From: a virus
Taxonomy: Duplodnaviria; Caudoviricetes
IMG/VR virus record: IMGVR_UViG_3300025128_000209
Span: 1 to 30,642 of that record
DNA length: 30,642 nucleotides
Reading direction: 5' to 3' (one strand)
Shown: in pieces, positions 1-10,300 of the stretch
Layout of the letters: the number at the start of each line of letters is the position of its first letter
Position numbering within the stretch: position 1 is the stretch's first letter
Notes under the pieces: model-generated
The model's input: the letters and a program-made list of their open reading frames with translations, nothing else
The model's database searches: none
What the model was told of the DNA's origin: nothing
Program-made: the position numbers and the translations under genes

Positions 1-3000
1 ATAAACTCCAGTATTATATCTAAAATCATTTGGACTTACTTTAAATATCTTAGCCCCTTCTGTTAATTCTAATTTACCAGTTCCGATTTCATAGTTACCT
101 ACAGGAAAATCTCCTATTTGTTTTCCAGAAGTGTTATAAACTAGCATATTAATTCCCTTTTCCTTTGTTACAGGGTCTACATATTCCTCCATCATCTTAG
201 ATAATTCTGGGGTAGTATCATGTAAAGCATATTTAAGAACCTTAGTACCATCTTTACTTTTAACAAGTAAAATTGACTTTTCTTGCCCTGAATCTGGGAC
301 TCCTTTATCAGCTCTAGCTACTTTTCCTGTATTCCTAGTTGTTACTATACCTCCATCAAATGGTTGCTTAAGGTCTAAATTTGATGCATTTAATATATTA
401 TCTGGACCTTCTGGAGCTTTTACAAATGCAGCTTTTAAATTACCATTAGCATCTAAGAAGTCAGGATTATTAACTCCATGATTCCTAGGGTCTTTCCAGA
501 ATTCTGCATCACCTCTCCAACCATTAGACATCCATAAAGGATTTCTTTTATTATCTTCTACAGAATTTTTAATAAAACCTTCTTGTCCTGCTATTTTATC
601 TATAGGTCTTCCATCATTTAAATCTTCTATATATTTTATAGTAGATTTAGTCATTTTATCATTAGTCTTTTTATCTATCCCATACATATCTTTAGCAAAT
701 TGATAATATCCTTTAGGTAAAGAAGGCATTTTAACTGTATCTAATTTAGGGTGATACTTAACAAAGGTGATTTTATCTTTATCGCCTTCACCTCCCCATA
801 TTTGGAAACCTTTTTTATCCATTTCCTTTACTAATGTCTCAATATGAAGTTTAGTCATTGTTTTAGCAGTTTCAACGGCATTTGAATACTTGTCGAATTT
901 AGGAGCTATATCTTTAGTTATAACTTGTTCTAACCTAGACAAGTCAACATCTCTAATATTTCCATTTCTATCTTTATATGTTATATCTGTAAAATTAACT
1001 ACTATAGGGTCTTTACCAGGAGTAACTTCTTTACTTCTTCTTTCATTAACAAAGTCTTGTAATTCATTAGCATGACTTCTATATCCTTTTGCAAAATAAA
1101 GTAAATTTTTATTATCTAAAGTGCCCTTATCGATTTGGTCTAATATCCATTGCCTTCTCTGAGGCTCTACATTTTGATATGCTGTACCTTCTAGCCATGC
1201 TCTATAATTTGCAATTGAAGTAGGAATGTCTTTGGCTTTTATTGTTCCTTGATACCCTTTAGATGACCATGGATTACCAAAATTATTAATTTCATTAACT
1301 AAAGGAATATTATCTCCCTTATTAGGACGCATTACATAAACACCCTCACCTCTTCTTGCGGCCGCTTTAGTATTAGAAGTTCCTTCTACAATCTTTACTT
1401 CAGATTCTACAGGGACAAAAGTACCTTTTTTAGCCTTCAAATAAGCTTCTTCTATTGCTTTTATAGGACCTTGTTCTTGTTTGAGTGCTCCAGATTTACT
1501 AAATGGAGATTCTGGAGTAATAATATCAACCTCTCCTTCATAATAAGAACCAGTAAATAAAGGATAGGATTGGTTTTGCATTACTAACCATTGCCTTAAA
1601 TCCCTCTTTAATTGATTTGGCAATGTCTTTTTATCTTCAGCTTTATCAATTCCTAAGTTTTTATTTAATTGCTCTTCAATTGCTTCTATCCATTCCCTAG
1701 AACGGGTTGTACTTCCTTTGACTAAAAAAGGACCTTTTGCATCCCCAGAAACAACTATTTCTCCAGCTTTTTTTGCAACTTTACTTATATTGTCAAATCT
1801 CTCTAAAGTTTCAGGATAATCTTTTTCAAGAAACTTATCTAGGTTTCTTTCAAATATAGATGATAATCTGAAGTCCATTTTAGATTGAGCGACAGTAGCA
1901 TCATCATATTCTATATTTTCAACAGTATCCATTTCTTCAGTTTTCTCTGTTTTTGCTAGCATTTCATCCTTAAAGCCCTTAGAAGCATGTTTTTTGAAGA
2001 TATTCTCTATTTGACCTACTTCTTTAGTGTTAGGGTCAATAGTGCCGAAAAAGGCCGTTCTACGAGCTAATTCAGGCACCTCACTAGTTTGGTCAAATTT
2101 ATTTGTCTTAAAATTGTATTTATGCCAACCCCCTATCTTACTATCAAAAGCATATATTTCTTTTACATTTGGATTGTCAATAGCCATTTGAGTTTGGATT
2201 CTAGATAAACCCTTTGTTTCTGTCACATGTCCATTTAAAGGGTCTATAATTATAACCTTTTCTGCATAATCAATTCTAGCTGCATCTCTTCTTAATGAAT
2301 TTAAATAGTTTTCGGAATACTTACTTACATCTATTTTATTACCATATCCTGTTTCTTCAACTCTATTATTAAGAACTTCAACTGCATCTGCTATTTTTCT
2401 ATTTCCTAATACCATAGTCTCTGGAAATAGAATAATCTGGTCTGTAGAAGAGGTTTTTGTATTTTCAATTTGCCCTTTAAATAGAGGTTGAACTTCAGTT
2501 AATCCTGCTTTATGAGATTCTTGAGAGACAACCGCTTCTATTCCTTTTTGACTAGAAGTTAAAATAAAAGTATCTCTTCTACTTTTTTCTATTTTTCCCT
2601 CTGGAGTTGAGGGTTTAACTTTTATTTTTTTAATAGGAGGTCTATCTTTAGCTTTTGCTTTATTTATAACATCGTAAATATTTTTTTCAGCATGTAATGC
2701 TCCTTCTGGGGTTCCACTTTTTTTAGCAGCACCAATTCTTTGCATTATAAAATATAAGTGCCGACCAAATCGTTCACCTTTTTTTCCTAAGCTAGTATCA
2801 TTTAATATTTCCTTCCAAGATAATCCTTGATTAGAAAGTTTTTTAATATGATTTATAAGTCTTACTACGTTATTATCATACCATTTGTGATATATTTCTC
2901 TGTTATCAGCTAAGCCTTCATTAAATTGTAATCTTTCTTTTTCACTATAACCTTGTTCTTTAGCTTCCTTTTTAGTCATATCTTTATGAAGATACGTAAT

Positions 3001-4911
3001 TCTATTATAAGTAAGTGCCACAACACCCAAATAATCTTCTTCAGTTTTACCTGGATTTTTAGCAAGCCATTCATCTCTTGTCTCTTCATAAGCCTTATCT
3101 ATATCTAAAACCGTTTTTTTCTTTGTCTTAATATGTTCAACTTCAAATGTATTATCTTGTTTTTCAGGCCTCTGTTTTACTATATTATCATAAAATTCTA
3201 TTATTTCTTTATATTTTTTATCATATTCCTTTTTAGAGATTCCCCCTGCTTTATACTGGGCAAATAATCTAGCTCTATCACGCCCTTTGCTTTTCTCTAT
3301 TACATCAGCGGCATCTTCTTTTTTACCTCTTCTCATAAGAAATTCATATAATTTTGGAATATCTGTAAGAATACTTCTTTCATAATCTGATAGTAATTGT
3401 TTGTCCTTTAATTTGGCAGCTTGTTCTGGAGATAATTCTCTTAAAGCTTCTGAACGAATTTTATCAAGTCGTTTTCCATGTTTCATTATCAAATCAAGTT
3501 GCTGAGGAGTATATCTATCTCTAATTCTTTGTGCAAGACTTTCTGCAATAGGGTCACTAATACGCGGTACTAATTGACTATATGTATGCATTAGACTGTT
3601 CGCAGTCCCAGGAACACCAGCGTCCTCTAATTCTTTAATCATATCAACTACTTCTTTGTCAAGTTCTCCTGGGAGCTCTTCTTGATATTTTTTTTCTAAA
3701 ATCTCTTTCTTTTCTTTAATTGTAAGTTCTTTTACACCTAATTCTTCTTTTAGGTACTCTATACCATCTTTTTCACCTTCGGGTTTCTTAGGTTTTTTAC
3801 CTATTTTATCACCTGGTTTTAATCCAAGGCGTTCAGCTAATTCATATCCTGGCATACCTGCTTGATGAGGTCTTTGTAAAACATGTTTTGCAGCCATTTC
3901 TCTTAATTCTACTCTAACTTCTTGAGGGATATCTGGCCAACGTGTAAACATTTCAGGGTCAAGCGTTCTTTCAAACTGAGCATCTGGATTTTCTCTAGCT
4001 TCTTTTATACCTCTTGTTAGCTCTTTAGCTGCTCTTTTTGTAGTCCAAGGTTTTTCTTTACCACCAAAATAAGCTCCCATTAAATATTCATATATTAGCT
4101 CAGGAGTTGTAGCCCCCCTTATAGAAGCAGGTAGCCCCATAAGCAAAGAACCTGATAAAGTTCTAGCAAATTTCTCTGCCTTTTCAGATTCTACTGAAAA
4201 TTTATAAGGTCTTTGTCCTTTAACATTCTTACCTATTAGATTTCCTATAGATGTGAAGGCACCACCATAGAAAGCTCCACTACCAAAGCTACGCATCATT
4301 TCATCTACGCCGCCCTGCCAACTAGAAATACCACTAGCAGCACCTAATTTAAAAGCACCTGAAGCTACATCCCTTAAAGCTCCACCTTTACTAGGATGAA
4401 GAAGATACTTACTAAAAGTATCGAAAGCATCAGTTCTTTTTAAATAAGAAGATTTTAAAGCCTTTGTTGCAAGTTTTGCTGCTCTTGGTTGTAAGATATC
4501 TTCAGCTATTTTTAACGGAATACCTCTAGCACCTTTTAACATATGAGATGCAGCTTGAAGAGAATTTATTTTACCAATCTTACCTAACCAACCTAATGGG
4601 CCTGATAATATACCAGGAGCAAAGCCAATTAAATGTCCTAAACTTCTAGCTACAGCTTCCCATTCATTATCAGGATGCTTTTTCCCGATGTCAAGTGTTG
4701 TAAACCCTTGAATAAATCCAACGCCAGCTTGCGTTATAGCATCTGCAATACTGAAATCTCCTTCGTAGAAAGGTATATTATGATAGTGTGCGTGTTGTCT
4801 TAAAGCGTTAATTGAATCCCCGCCAAAACCTCTGGGATTCTTGTTGTATCGATTTATAAGCTCTCTTGTTTGCTTATAGCTAAGGTTTGGCGACCATTGT
4901 TGTTCAGCCAT
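1..4911 (-). CDS. Giant multidomain virion/ejected protein (3'-partial, at least 1637 aa); SLOG-like and DUF4326-like domains, probable start of a two-barrel virion RNA polymerase
   Basis: Not in the ORF track because it has no stop in the window. Translated by hand from ATG at 4911 (MAEQQWSPNLSYKQTRELINRY...), preceded by AGGGG; no in-frame stop down to base 1 (...FKVSPNDFRYNTGVY). Gly/Ala-rich hydrophobic N-terminal part; SLOG-like aa ~781-974; DUF4326-like aa ~1190-1290; DG...K...SxK motifs aa ~1519-1597. The ORF is secure; the function is an inference. Confidence 0.85.
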   Translation of the reverse strand, partial: MAEQQWSPNLSYKQTRELINRYNKNPRGFGGDSINALRQHAHYHNIPFYEGDFSIADAITQAGVGFIQGFTTLDIGKKHPDNEWEAVARSLGHLIGFAPGILSGPLGWLGKIGKINSLQAASHMLKGARGIPLKIAEDILQPRAAKLATKALKSSYLKRTDAFDTFSKYLLHPSKGGALRDVASGAFKLGAASGISSWQGGVDEMMRSFGSGAFYGGAFTSIGNLIGKNVKGQRPYKFSVESEKAEKFARTLSGSLLMGLPASIRGATTPELIYEYLMGAYFGGKEKPWTTKRAAKELTRGIKEARENPDAQFERTLDPEMFTRWPDIPQEVRVELREMAAKHVLQRPHQAGMPGYELAERLGLKPGDKIGKKPKKPEGEKDGIEYLKEELGVKELTIKEKKEILEKKYQEELPGELDKEVVDMIKELEDAGVPGTANSLMHTYSQLVPRISDPIAESLAQRIRDRYTPQQLDLIMKHGKRLDKIRSEALRELSPEQAAKLKDKQLLSDYERSILTDIPKLYEFLMRRGKKEDAADVIEKSKGRDRARLFAQYKAGGISKKEYDKKYKEIIEFYDNIVKQRPEKQDNTFEVEHIKTKKKTVLDIDKAYEETRDEWLAKNPGKTEEDYLGVVALTYNRITYLHKDMTKKEAKEQGYSEKERLQFNEGLADNREIYHKWYDNNVVRLINHIKKLSNQGLSWKEILNDTSLGKKGERFGRHLYFIMQRIGAAKKSGTPEGALHAEKNIYDVINKAKAKDRPPIKKIKVKPSTPEGKIEKSRRDTFILTSSQKGIEAVVSQESHKAGLTEVQPLFKGQIENTKTSSTDQIILFPETMVLGNRKIADAVEVLNNRVEETGYGNKIDVSKYSENYLNSLRRDAARIDYAEKVIIIDPLNGHVTETKGLSRIQTQMAIDNPNVKEIYAFDSKIGGWHKYNFKTNKFDQTSEVPELARRTAFFGTIDPNTKEVGQIENIFKKHASKGFKDEMLAKTEKTEEMDTVENIEYDDATVAQSKMDFRLSSIFERNLDKFLEKDYPETLERFDNISKVAKKAGEIVVSGDAKGPFLVKGSTTRSREWIEAIEEQLNKNLGIDKAEDKKTLPNQLKRDLRQWLVMQNQSYPLFTGSYYEGEVDIITPESPFSKSGALKQEQGPIKAIEEAYLKAKKGTFVPVESEVKIVEGTSNTKAAARRGEGVYVMRPNKGDNIPLVNEINNFGNPWSSKGYQGTIKAKDIPTSIANYRAWLEGTAYQNVEPQRRQWILDQIDKGTLDNKNLLYFAKGYRSHANELQDFVNERRSKEVTPGKDPIVVNFTDITYKDRNGNIRDVDLSRLEQVITKDIAPKFDKYSNAVETAKTMTKLHIETLVKEMDKKGFQIWGGEGDKDKITFVKYHPKLDTVKMPSLPKGYYQFAKDMYGIDKKTNDKMTKSTIKYIEDLNDGRPIDKIAGQEGFIKNSVEDNKRNPLWMSNGWRGDAEFWKDPRNHGVNNPDFLDANGNLKAAFVKAPEGPDNILNASNLDLKQPFDGGIVTTRNTGKVARADKGVPDSGQEKSILLVKSKDGTKVLKYALHDTTPELSKMMEEYVDPVTKEKGINMLVYNTSGKQIGDFPVGNYEIGTGKLELTEGAKIFKVSPNDFRYNTGVY

Positions 4912-4922
4912 AATGCCCCTAA

Positions 4923-5930
4923 TTATCGTCTAATGCCAGTAATATTAACTTTTGATGCTTCTAATACTTGATTTAGATTTGCTTTTTGTGCTTGTTTGTA
5001 TCTACCTTTATCTTGAGTTGCTATTTTGTAAATTGCCCACATCATTAACATAGGTAGATTACCTTTAACTAAATTCCCCACAAGCCTTACAGCTCCTGCT
5101 CTTCCTAAACTAGGAGTCAAGTTCTTAAGGAGCTTAGTTTTTCCACCTGTTTGCTGTAATACAGTTTTTGCTTGACTTTTAGAAATTTTAGCACCTTGAC
5201 CAGCTCCTCCTCCTCCGCCGCCCCAACCTTTAGGCATTTTACCTTTTAAATATTTATATGCACCAGGAAGGTATTTGCCTCCATATTTATAAGCTGCATA
5301 ACCTGCTATAGCAGATGGAATAGGGTAATCCCAGACTGTATCCCAAGCCTTGCCAAAAAAACCTTTTCCTTCTGTAAGCCAAGGATATATAGGATTAGCT
5401 TGTTCTCCAAACATCTCTGCCCCATATCCAGTTCTGATTAATAATTCTTTTAAGCCTTTAGTCGTTCCAATCAGTTCTCTCATTTTATCATCAGATGCAC
5501 CTGTCATTTGCTGATGCGTAATCATTTGTTGTGCTATCTCAGGAACCATTTGAGTAATTTGTTCATCATAAGCTTTCTTAAAAGCAATAGGATTTAGAAG
5601 ATTATTTTTCTTAGCATACTTCAATCCTCTTCCTCCATCTTCCGTTAATTGTGTCTTCCAATCTAAATAAGCCTTACCAGAAGAGTCAATTAAATTGAAA
5701 TCTATCCCGCTTGCTCCTTTCCCTGCCCAATCTCTAAAAGGGGTTGAATAAGCAGTTTCTATAGGTGCCATAGAGGCTGAGAGTTCTGTATTTATAGAAT
5801 CATTATACTTATCTTCGGGAGATTTTATAAGGGACATCAAACTAGACATTCCTTGGTTTTGTTGTTGCATACTCGTTTGCATTGCTTGACCATATCCATG
5901 ACCAAATCCTTGGGGTACATTTATTGCCAT
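4923..5930 (-). CDS. Probable internal virion (ejection) protein, 335 aa
   Basis: Lies between the tail genes and the giant ORF; Q/M/G-rich N-terminus, hydrophobic segment IPSAIAGYAAY, poly-Gly linker and basic C-terminus resemble podovirus ejection proteins. Function is positional inference. Confidence 0.55.
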   Translation of the reverse strand: MAINVPQGFGHGYGQAMQTSMQQQNQGMSSLMSLIKSPEDKYNDSINTELSASMAPIETAYSTPFRDWAGKGASGIDFNLIDSSGKAYLDWKTQLTEDGGRGLKYAKKNNLLNPIAFKKAYDEQITQMVPEIAQQMITHQQMTGASDDKMRELIGTTKGLKELLIRTGYGAEMFGEQANPIYPWLTEGKGFFGKAWDTVWDYPIPSAIAGYAAYKYGGKYLPGAYKYLKGKMPKGWGGGGGGAGQGAKISKSQAKTVLQQTGGKTKLLKNLTPSLGRAGAVRLVGNLVKGNLPMLMMWAIYKIATQDKGRYKQAQKANLNQVLEASKVNITGIRR

Positions 5931-5946
5931 TTAATTATCCTGTTCA

Positions 5947-6528
5947 TTATCCTAATTGGTTACCTAAAGCTGTCATAAAACTTGCTGCTGGATTATAAGG
6001 ATTTCTATTGCTCATGTCTGTATTAGCCATAGAAACATTCGCTAAATTATCTCCTAATTGTTGTTGCACTTGAGTCATATTCTGCATTTGACCCATACCT
6101 TTATATCTTTGATTCATTAAAGCTTGAAGCCATTGTTGGTTTACATTACCCATAGCTCCTACAGTTCCAAATTGAGAAGCCATCATAGCTTGAGCGGGAT
6201 TAACACCTCTCATAGCAGCTATTTTCATAGATTGTGAACCTGCTTGTGCGCCTGATTCAGCAGCTTTTTGTGCTAAAAATTTCTTAAGTTGTAGATTAAT
6301 GTCAGAACCAGGGTCTATATGCTCTTCAGCCATACTAAGTTGCCTGTCAACTAAGTCTTGAGTTGGTTGTTGGAATTCTCTTATTTGGTCTAAATCTATA
6401 GGCTTAGGTCTAGAACCTCTCCCACCTAAAAGTCCTCCTAGTCCACTTGCTATTGCTCCCCAAAAGGGTTGAACTAATGTTCTTAATATAGGTTGAATAA
6501 ATACTCTACTAAAGTTATTCATTATCAT
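5947..6528 (-). CDS. Probable DNA ejection/pilot protein, 193 aa
   Basis: SD AAGGAG 9 nt upstream of ATG; FWGAIASGLGGLLGG Gly-rich hydrophobic segment followed by a Q/M/A/N-rich helical body, the composition typical of P22 gp7/T7 gp14-like ejection proteins. Confidence 0.6.
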   Translation of the reverse strand: MIMNNFSRVFIQPILRTLVQPFWGAIASGLGGLLGGRGSRPKPIDLDQIREFQQPTQDLVDRQLSMAEEHIDPGSDINLQLKKFLAQKAAESGAQAGSQSMKIAAMRGVNPAQAMMASQFGTVGAMGNVNQQWLQALMNQRYKGMGQMQNMTQVQQQLGDNLANVSMANTDMSNRNPYNPAASFMTALGNQLG

Positions 6529-6560
6529 TATATATATATCTCCTTATAATCCATCACTAT

Positions 6561-6589
6561 AATTTACACTATTTAAATCATTAAAACAA
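6561..6589 (-). promoter_or_regulatory. Putative sigma70-type promoter for the ejection-protein/giant-ORF module
   Basis: Minus strand TTGTTT (6589-6584), 17-nt spacer, TAAATT (6566-6561), within a 62-nt intergenic gap upstream of an AAGGAG SD. The AT-rich background lowers specificity. Confidence 0.45.
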
Positions 6590-6590
6590 G

Positions 6591-7325
6591 TTATTTCCAT
6601 AATAGTATCCTTACATCCATCCTGTCCCAATCCCTATGGCCATTATCACCATCATAAGTATGAAAAATATTATGAGTTGAATTGAGCCAAACTTTTAATT
6701 CTGTTTCTAATATTTCATAATAAAATCCATCCCAACCTCTTGAATCATTGTCTTGAAGTCTAAAATAAGGAAAAACAGCATTTGTTGCAGCTGTACCATC
6801 GCTTTCTCCGTAAGCATCTCTAACAAAGCATTGGGCAGTTACTATACTTGTCGTTGACAAACCGTGAGTATGGGTAAGTTCTCTTTTAGCCGCATCAGTT
6901 CTATCCATATCAACCCATCCAGTATCATAATCAGGCCTAGGAAGAACAAATTTTTTTGCTTTTTCATCAAATATAGTCTTTTTAGCTTTAGAAGCACCTG
7001 TGCTAGTATCCTCTGTTTCTATCTCATCTATAGATTTTTTAGGTTGATTAGCTTGCCTAGGCTTATCTTTAAAAGTTATTATATTCTCTTGGAATATAGG
7101 TGTTTTCCACCCTGTATCAGTTTTAAATTCAAAGGTATAGGACTTATCTGTATTCATAGTGACTTGCAAATCTCCTGTTTTACCTTCTCTATCTGTTATT
7201 TCTGACTCTGCTTTAGAGTTAACAGACTTTGTCAAATCATTAAACATCTTCTCTATCTCTCTTAAAGATTTCTCAACATCTTGAAAAGATGATATTTTAG
7301 ACTGCAATTTTATAATCTTTTCCAT
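6591..7325 (-). CDS. Putative tail-associated/fibre-like virion protein, 244 aa
   Basis: TAATG-coupled to the nozzle gene; N-terminal coiled coil; C-terminal PDYDTGWVD...LTHTHGL beta-rich segment resembling tail-fibre C-terminal modules. Confidence 0.5.
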   Translation of the reverse strand: MEKIIKLQSKISSFQDVEKSLREIEKMFNDLTKSVNSKAESEITDREGKTGDLQVTMNTDKSYTFEFKTDTGWKTPIFQENIITFKDKPRQANQPKKSIDEIETEDTSTGASKAKKTIFDEKAKKFVLPRPDYDTGWVDMDRTDAAKRELTHTHGLSTTSIVTAQCFVRDAYGESDGTAATNAVFPYFRLQDNDSRGWDGFYYEILETELKVWLNSTHNIFHTYDGDNGHRDWDRMDVRILLWK

Positions 7326-10300
7326 TATTTCACAGCTTTTTTTCTAAATATTATACCAACAGAATCTAAATCTTCAGTCATATTTTCTAATTTGAATTGT
7401 AACCATCTACCTCTTTTATTACTGCTACTAATTTTATACTCAGAATGATTAGAATCTTTAGATGTATAAGATACATCACTTGAAGCTATAGTACCTTCAT
7501 TAGTTGCTAGCAATAATCTATCACTGCTTTCCATATTAGAACCACCTAAATTAACATTATTTGATATAGCATTTAATTTGATTCTATTGAATACTTTGAC
7601 TACTGAATCTTCTCCTGCTGTTATCTTTTTACTTACCCAAGTATAATCTCGTTTTTCTGAGCCACCTCTATGTTTAAATATGGCATTATTTATAGGTATA
7701 TATATTGAACCATCATCACCATGAAAAGGTTTGCCTATCATAGAGTTTTCTGATAATTCCCATAAATCCCACCTTTTATATAAAACATGGTAAGACCATA
7801 TATATTGAATTGATTTAGAGGTTCCATCTGTTTCTGTTCCAAGATAGTTTATTATAAATAAAATAGAAGACATATTGGAGTCATAAGTAACTTTAATATC
7901 ATTGAAATCTGATTTTGATACTATATTATCCCAACTAACATCTTTTATATTATCAGTACCTCCAAAAGTAGTACTAACATCTCCTCCTCTATGTATAGGT
8001 TGAGATATCTTAATAGGCTGGCTTCCATCATGAAAGTAAGCACCATTTTTATCAGCAAAAAACATACCATATTCTGTCACAATAATAGCATCTTTATTGA
8101 TGCAACCAACTCCCTCATAAAAGTCTTCAATAGCTAAATTCTGTTGATTTATTCTATATATAGTATTCGCATCAAACGCATATAATCTACCATTAAAGTT
8201 TGCTAAAGCAGTAGGTTTAGAGTCTAATGTAAGATAATCCCTAACATAGTCAAATACACTAAACATTCCAGGTCTTGACCTAAATATTAAATTACTTGAT
8301 TTTTTAATTCTTTTATGAGAGCAATCAGCAGCAAATAAATATCCGTCTATTTTAGTAGACATCCCGTATTTTAATTGTATTGTATCTAGTAATTCAGACA
8401 TTCCAGTTCTTGCTTCATAACTAGCTCCTAATTCTCCATCATCATTAACAGTCACCTTATAAGCACCATCGCTAAAAGACCAAGCTGTATCTGTTTTAAT
8501 TTCTTTGACTAATTTATATAAATCAAATCCAGAATCTTTTCTATATATACAAACGTGAGATAGTCTTTTGCTATATTGAGCTAATTTTATAGATACTGAT
8601 AATAAACTTCTTGTTACACTATCATTGTAAATCCATGTACCATCGGATAAAGGACCTTCTTGATAACCATCATATATTAGAGATATCTTGTAATGGTAAT
8701 TATTATTTGACAAGAAATAATCACCAGAATCAGCAGTTTCAGATGCTGCTTTTATTTCCACGAATGAATCACCGACAGCAAGAAAAGATGAAGCATCTTC
8801 ATCAGTATCATATCTCGCTATATTCCCTGCTATATTTCCTTTGTCCCAAGAGTTAAATCCACTTCTTATTTCACCTAATTTAGACTGATTGCCTCTCTCC
8901 ATTACAACTGATTCCCATTGATTAGTAGTCCAATCTCCAGGTGTATTAGTAGAAGTAGTATTTGCTACATCAAACGTATCTTCAGTAGCACTAGGTAATG
9001 CTCCTGCTCCTACCTTAACTATATATGTACCATCTTGAGCTGCCGTACTATCACTTTTATGAGTAATACTATCTCCTGCAGAAAGTCTATGGTTAGCACT
9101 AGTTAGTCTGATATCATCAGTATCATCAGCTATGGCGCTAACTTCCCCACCTCTTAATTTTCTCATGTCAAGTCCACCAAAAGTTGTCTTAATAGTTGGA
9201 GTATATATATCAAGCAACATTGGATTAGCAGCAGAAGATTCTCCAGTAGGTAATAATTTCCAATTTCCTATAGTCTCACTAGGAGTTACTGTACTAGCAA
9301 ATCTAAATATTTTAGGATTCACTACTGTAACTTTATAAGAAGCTTCATTGTAATTAACTGTATCAGAGATTTCAACGTAATCATTACTAGTTAAAAAATG
9401 TATATTATCAGTAGTAACTGTAACTAAACTACCACTTCCGCTTATAGAAGCAATAGTCCCTGATTTAGGATACATAGGAGCACCTAATGTAGGGTCTTGC
9501 TTATTAGCATTAGGTAATCCATAAGGTAAAGGTGTTTCTTTTAATAATCTTACTGGAGCAGTACAAACATCTGCATGACTCCATATATAAAAGTAATCAT
9601 TAGCTGCTGGTGCATGACCAAAAGGATAGTGGACATCTAAATAAAGTATCTCACCTTCTGCGGGTGTATAGTTTGGGTCTTCTGAACTTAGATAAGGCCT
9701 AGAGCCTACTATTTGTCTTGTTTGCATAGTTCCTGTAGTTTGGTCTACAATAGTCAAACATGCTCCTGCTAACCTATTAGGTACAGAAGCTATTCCATGT
9801 CTATCTCCATGGTTACATGACGATGAACCATCTCTAGATGTTTGGTGTGTAATTCCTGCATTACTTAACCATTTAAATCCATGATATATATCATCAGCAT
9901 CTGTATCAATAGCTACTACAGGACATAATGTTGCATTTGGATGGTCTGCTACTGCTGTTGAAATATAAGGACTAGAATCTAACTTACCTGCAATTAACAC
10001 ATCCCAATCATCGCCTCCTCTATTCCAAGTATTTGAATTAGTAGTAAATGCTGGAAATCCATCCCAATTATCAGTTGGGGACCCTTGCGCTGGAACATTA
10101 ACTACATCAGGCACATAACTTCCTTCATCTGGATACATAAAGTTTAAATCACATATGTATACATTGGATTTTCCTTCTTCTGTAGGAGAAGCTATAAATA
10201 ATCTATTTGCAAATTGATTATTAACAGCACTATTATTTACGTGATAATGTAATTTATTGCTATTTTTAAGATGATATATTGTATCAGGCATACTAGGAGA

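Noticed and set aside
1-4922. Apparent 4.9-kb non-coding or stop-recoded region (nearly empty in the ORF track)
   Set aside because: Hand translation shows one open minus-strand frame running off the edge. TAA, TAG (22776, 27928) and TGA (17191) all end genes normally, so there is no sign of genetic-code reassignment.
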